A stretch of DNA of 64,000 bases from an uncultured delta proteobacterium (GTDB lineage: Bacteria > Myxococcota_A > Polyangia > Fen-1088), in NCBI GenBank assembly GCA_963737265.1, contig CAVTRY010000007.1:32001-96000 (forward strand). Direction: 5' to 3'. Below the pieces are notes generated by a model, which was given only the letters and a program-made list of their open reading frames with translations, searched no databases and was not told the DNA's origin. This document shows, piece after piece, positions 60,301 to 64,000 of the stretch. Made by a program: the position numbers and the translations under genes. How positions within the stretch are numbered: the stretch's first letter is position 1; each line of letters opens with the position of its first letter.

Positions 60301-63300
60301 CGGCCATGCGATCGAGGTGCGCGATGACCTCGGGATCGGCTGGATCCACGCGCATGGCGCGGCAGTAGGCGTCGAACGAGGCATCGAAGTTCGACAGCCG
60401 TCGTTCATAGATGCCCGCCACGATGCCAAGCAGTTCCACACGCCGGACCGGATCCTGCGTGTTGGTGATCATGACCTCGTAGGTGACGGCAACGCGATCC
60501 CAGTCGCCGGCCGATTCGTAGATCGGTTGCAGCACCTCCGCGGCGGCGATGGGCTCTTCCCCTCGCTGCATCATGCCTTCGATGGCACCCAGGGTGGGCG
60601 CGTGGGTCGGATCCATTTCCAAAACCCGCTTGTAGGCTTCGGTGGCGCGGGGCGGATCGTTGAGCTTCTCCCGCCACAGCTCGCCGATGCGGAAACGCAA
60701 GGAAACGACCTCCGCGGCGGAGCCGGACAGCTCGGTCTGGCGTTCGAGAACCGAAAGCAGGTCGTACCAGCGTTCGGTCTGCAAATACAGGCGATCGAGC
60801 GCCTGCATCGCTTCGACGTCGTCGGGATCGATGTCGAGCACGGACGAATAGGTTTCGATGGCGCGCGCCGGATCCTGGAGCTCGCGATCGTAGACCTGCC
60901 CCAGCACGAACAGGCGTGCCTTCTTCTGCGCCGGATCGGTAGCCAGCTCGGCCTGCTTGGCATAGATGTCCTTGAGGTCGTTCCACCGCTCAAGACGAAT
61001 AAAGAGACGCTCAAGATTGTCGAGAACCTCGCCGTCGCTCTCGTCGAGCGCCAGGGCGTGGCGATAGGCCTCGATGGCCTTTTCGGGATTGTCCAGCACC
61101 TCTTCCCAAAGCTTCGCGGCCCGCAAGCCGAGCTCTCGCTTTTCGGGAACGGCGTCCGTCATGTCGACCTTACGCTGAAGCAGGCCGACCAAGTTGGCGT
61201 AGTCGGCCACCCGCGTGTAGATGCGTTCGAGCGCATCGGCGGCGGCCACATCCTGCGGCGAGGCCGCGATGGCCCGTTGGTAGGCGTCGGCGGCGATCTC
61301 GGCACTGCCGAGCTCGTTTTCGGCCAAGCCCGCGATCACGTGGTAGACGGAGTTCTTGGTTTCGTCGGATTCGATGGTTTGCACCGCGGCTCGATAGCGC
61401 GCAACCAGGTCGTCGACGCAGCCGAGCGCTTTGGCCAGTCGCTCGCAGCGCGCCTGCGTCTCGCTGTCGAGCGAATCCTCGGCGAGGGCGCGGCCGAGAG
61501 TTTCATAGGCGCCTGCCGGCTCGTCGAGGCCATCCTCGCGCGCGGTCGCGATCTCGTGCAAAAGCTCAATCTTCCGCCGCAAGTCGGGCGTGTGACGTGC
61601 CTGGATCTCGAGCACCCTCACCAGGTTGCGAAAGTCGCTGCGTCCACGATACACCGGGTCGAGAAGCTCGGACAAGGCTAGCTCGTGCTCGGGAAGCGCC
61701 AGCAGATTCTTCGAGCGCGGCAATGGTTTCCTGGTGTGCAGGCTCGAATTCGAGCAGGCGGCGATAGGTCTCGATCGCCGACGAAAGATCGCCGAGCTGT
61801 CGCTCGCGCAGTTGACCCAGGCGCCAGAGCAGAGCCACTTGGTCTTCGGCCTGCGTGGCCAGCTCGAGCTGGCGCTGCAGATTGTCCGCCAGGTCAAGCG
61901 GCAGACCTTTTTGAGCGAACAGCCGGTCGAGTGCCCGCAACGCAACCGAGCTGTCGGGGTTGTCCCCCAAGACCTCTTTCCACGCCGCAATGGCTTCGTC
62001 TGGGTTGCCGATCGCCTCTTCCGAGATCGTCGCAATCCGCCCGTGAATCTCCTCGCGCTCTTCGGCCGCGTGCACGAGCTCGGCCTTCTTTTTCAGCGTC
62101 TCGACCAAATCCGGCCAGCGCTCGGTGCGCGTGTAGAGCCGCTCCAGCGCTTCGAGCGCCGAGGCATCCTCGGGCTCGATTTCCTGAGCCATGCGGAAAT
62201 ATTCCACAGCCTTGTCCGACTGGTTCAGCTTCTCGTCGTAGGCCACGGCGATGACGAGCAGCAGCTCACGCTCGAGCGCCAGGTCCAGCTTGAGATTGGC
62301 TTGGGCATCGCTGTAAATCGCCACCAGCGAATCCCACTTGCCCATCGTCTCGGCGAGCTCTTCGAGCGCCGTGCGCGCCTGGGTCGAAGCGGGATCTTCG
62401 GAAAACGCTGTGGCGTAGGCTTCGTAGGCTGCTTCGAGACGGCCAGCCTCGGCTTCTAGCGCTCCGATGCGCAAGAGCAGGGCAACCTTCGCGGCCGAAT
62501 TCTTCTCGCGCTTGAGCTTGATACGCTGGACTTCGATGAGCCGCTCGATCTCGTGCAGCGCTTCGTAGATCGGCTCCAACGCAGCCACGGCGGCCATCTG
62601 ATACTTCTTCGCACCGAGGTACGCTTCGAGGGCTGCGCGTGCGCCGGCGTGATTCGGATCGAGCGACAACGCTTCTTGGAAAGCCGCGACCGCCGGCCCT
62701 GGCGTGTCGAGGTGTTTCTGCAAGACTTCGCCGAGGGTGAACTTGAGGTCAGCGCACGCCGCTGCGTCGCTTGCCGACAGGGCAAGCTGGCGCTCGATGA
62801 TCTTGGCCAAATCTTGCCACTGCGCGGTCGCCTGGTAGAGACGGCCAAGGGCTCGCAGGGCTTGGAGATCGTCGGGATCGGTCTTGAGGATGTCGCGATA
62901 GAGAACGAGCGCCTTTCCAACGTCGTGAACCTGCTCTTCGTAGAGCAGGGCGAGCTGTAGGCGAACCTCGCGTTTTTCGGCATCGCTGCCGGCCATGCTC
63001 AGTTTCTTGTCGTAAATGGCCAACAACGCCTCGTGCTGCCCGGTCGCGATGTACAGCCGTTCGAGAGCGAACACCGCCTGCTCTTCGCTGGGAGCCTGCG
63101 CAAGCACCTGTTGGTTGCGTTCGATGGCGAGCGGGTAGTTGGCGAGCTCCTTCTCGTAAGCGTGTGCCAGAGTCGCGAGCAGCGGCAAGCTGTCGCGGCC
63201 CTGGGCGGCGTGCAGCGCGGCCTCGTACACCTGAACCAGGGACGCCCATTCGCCTGTTTCCGCCGCCAAGCGCTGGCCGAATTCCAGCGCCCACGGCTCC

Positions 63301-64000
63301 GTCGGACTTTCCGTCGTCGCCTGCAATGCCATGGCAAGGGCCGCGGGCTTTTCGCCTGCTTCGCTTTCCAGAATCTGCGTGATGCGGAGCATGCGCTCCT
63401 GGCGAAGCGTCGGCAGGGTCGTGTGGAGCAGCTGGACTTGCAGCGCGGACGCCAGTTTGTGCGCGTCCTTGGCCTTTTCGTAAATCGGAATGAGCGCCTC
63501 GGCCGCGACGAGGTTGCCCGCGTCGAGCGACAAGGTTTTCTCGAATGCCTTTTGCGCCTTGTCGAGCTTGGCCAGGCGGTCCTGGTAGAGCACCGCGATC
63601 TTATTCCACAGTCCGACGCGCGTGGGGCCGTCCTCGGTTTCAGCCTGTCTTTCCAGCACGCGCACGAATTCGTCCCACTTGCCCTGCAAGGAATAGAAGC
63701 CTTCGAGCGCGTCCCAATCCTTGTTTTGCAGGTAGAGCTTTCGCAAGGCGTCCTGTGCCCGGCGGTTGTCCGGCTCGGCTTCGAGCAGCGCCTTCCAAGC
63801 CGCGATGGCCTGATCCAGCTTCTGCAGCTTCTCGGTGTAGAGGATCGCGAGCTTGGACAGCGGTGTCCCGCGCTTGGCGGCGTCGTCGGTCAAGCTGACC
63901 TGTGTTTCGATCACGCCCGCAAGCTCGTCCCAGCGCTTCTCGCGCTCGTACAGCTTCTTCGAGCTCCGCCAGCGCCTCGACGTCGTCGGCACTGAGCTCG
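54395..64000 (-). CDS. Giant tetratricopeptide-repeat protein (AgmK/GltI-like), partial, >3200 aa, two +1 indels (about 61710 and 63958)
   Basis: Dozens of A..AY..L..DP...AL.AL.RLY....W..L repeats; C-terminal RAGFLLCND..DLLQWSVSEEYFELR; ORFs 61566-63992 and 54395-62035 offset by +1 nt. Confidence 0.88.

Overview
High-GC chromosomal window. Gene content (Cys-rich lipoproteins, giant gliding-type TPR protein, HDOD protein) suggests Myxococcota, which is an inference. In order it holds: a 100-bp CTAG-flanked MITE-like element; RecQ; a lipid-linked glycosylation locus (GT2 + three DUF2079-like polytopic proteins + SAM methyltransferase); rplM-rpsI; SMUG1-type glycosylase; ArnT-like GT; RlmI- and RlhA-like rRNA modification genes; an aminotransferase; an Ig-repeat histidine phosphatase lipoprotein; a trehalose module (GH15, membrane-anchored OtsA, OtsB); an acyl-CoA dehydrogenase + PfaA-like type I synthase + PPTase operon; an ISKra4/ISLre2-like IS with 17-bp direct repeats; an RNase Y homolog with a degenerate KH loop; and a >3200-aa TPR protein. 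The best candidate for a new system is the KS-AT-KS-(ACP)4-KR-DH synthase. All four of its carrier domains have Thr instead of the canonical phosphopantetheine-accepting Ser (DLG[IV]DT), and it is translationally coupled to its own PPTase. Five apparent frameshifts all fall on the same + strand 7-mer, TTCGAGC, which points to a motif-specific sequencing error rather than pseudogenes. All family assignments come from motif recognition by eye; no database searches were run.
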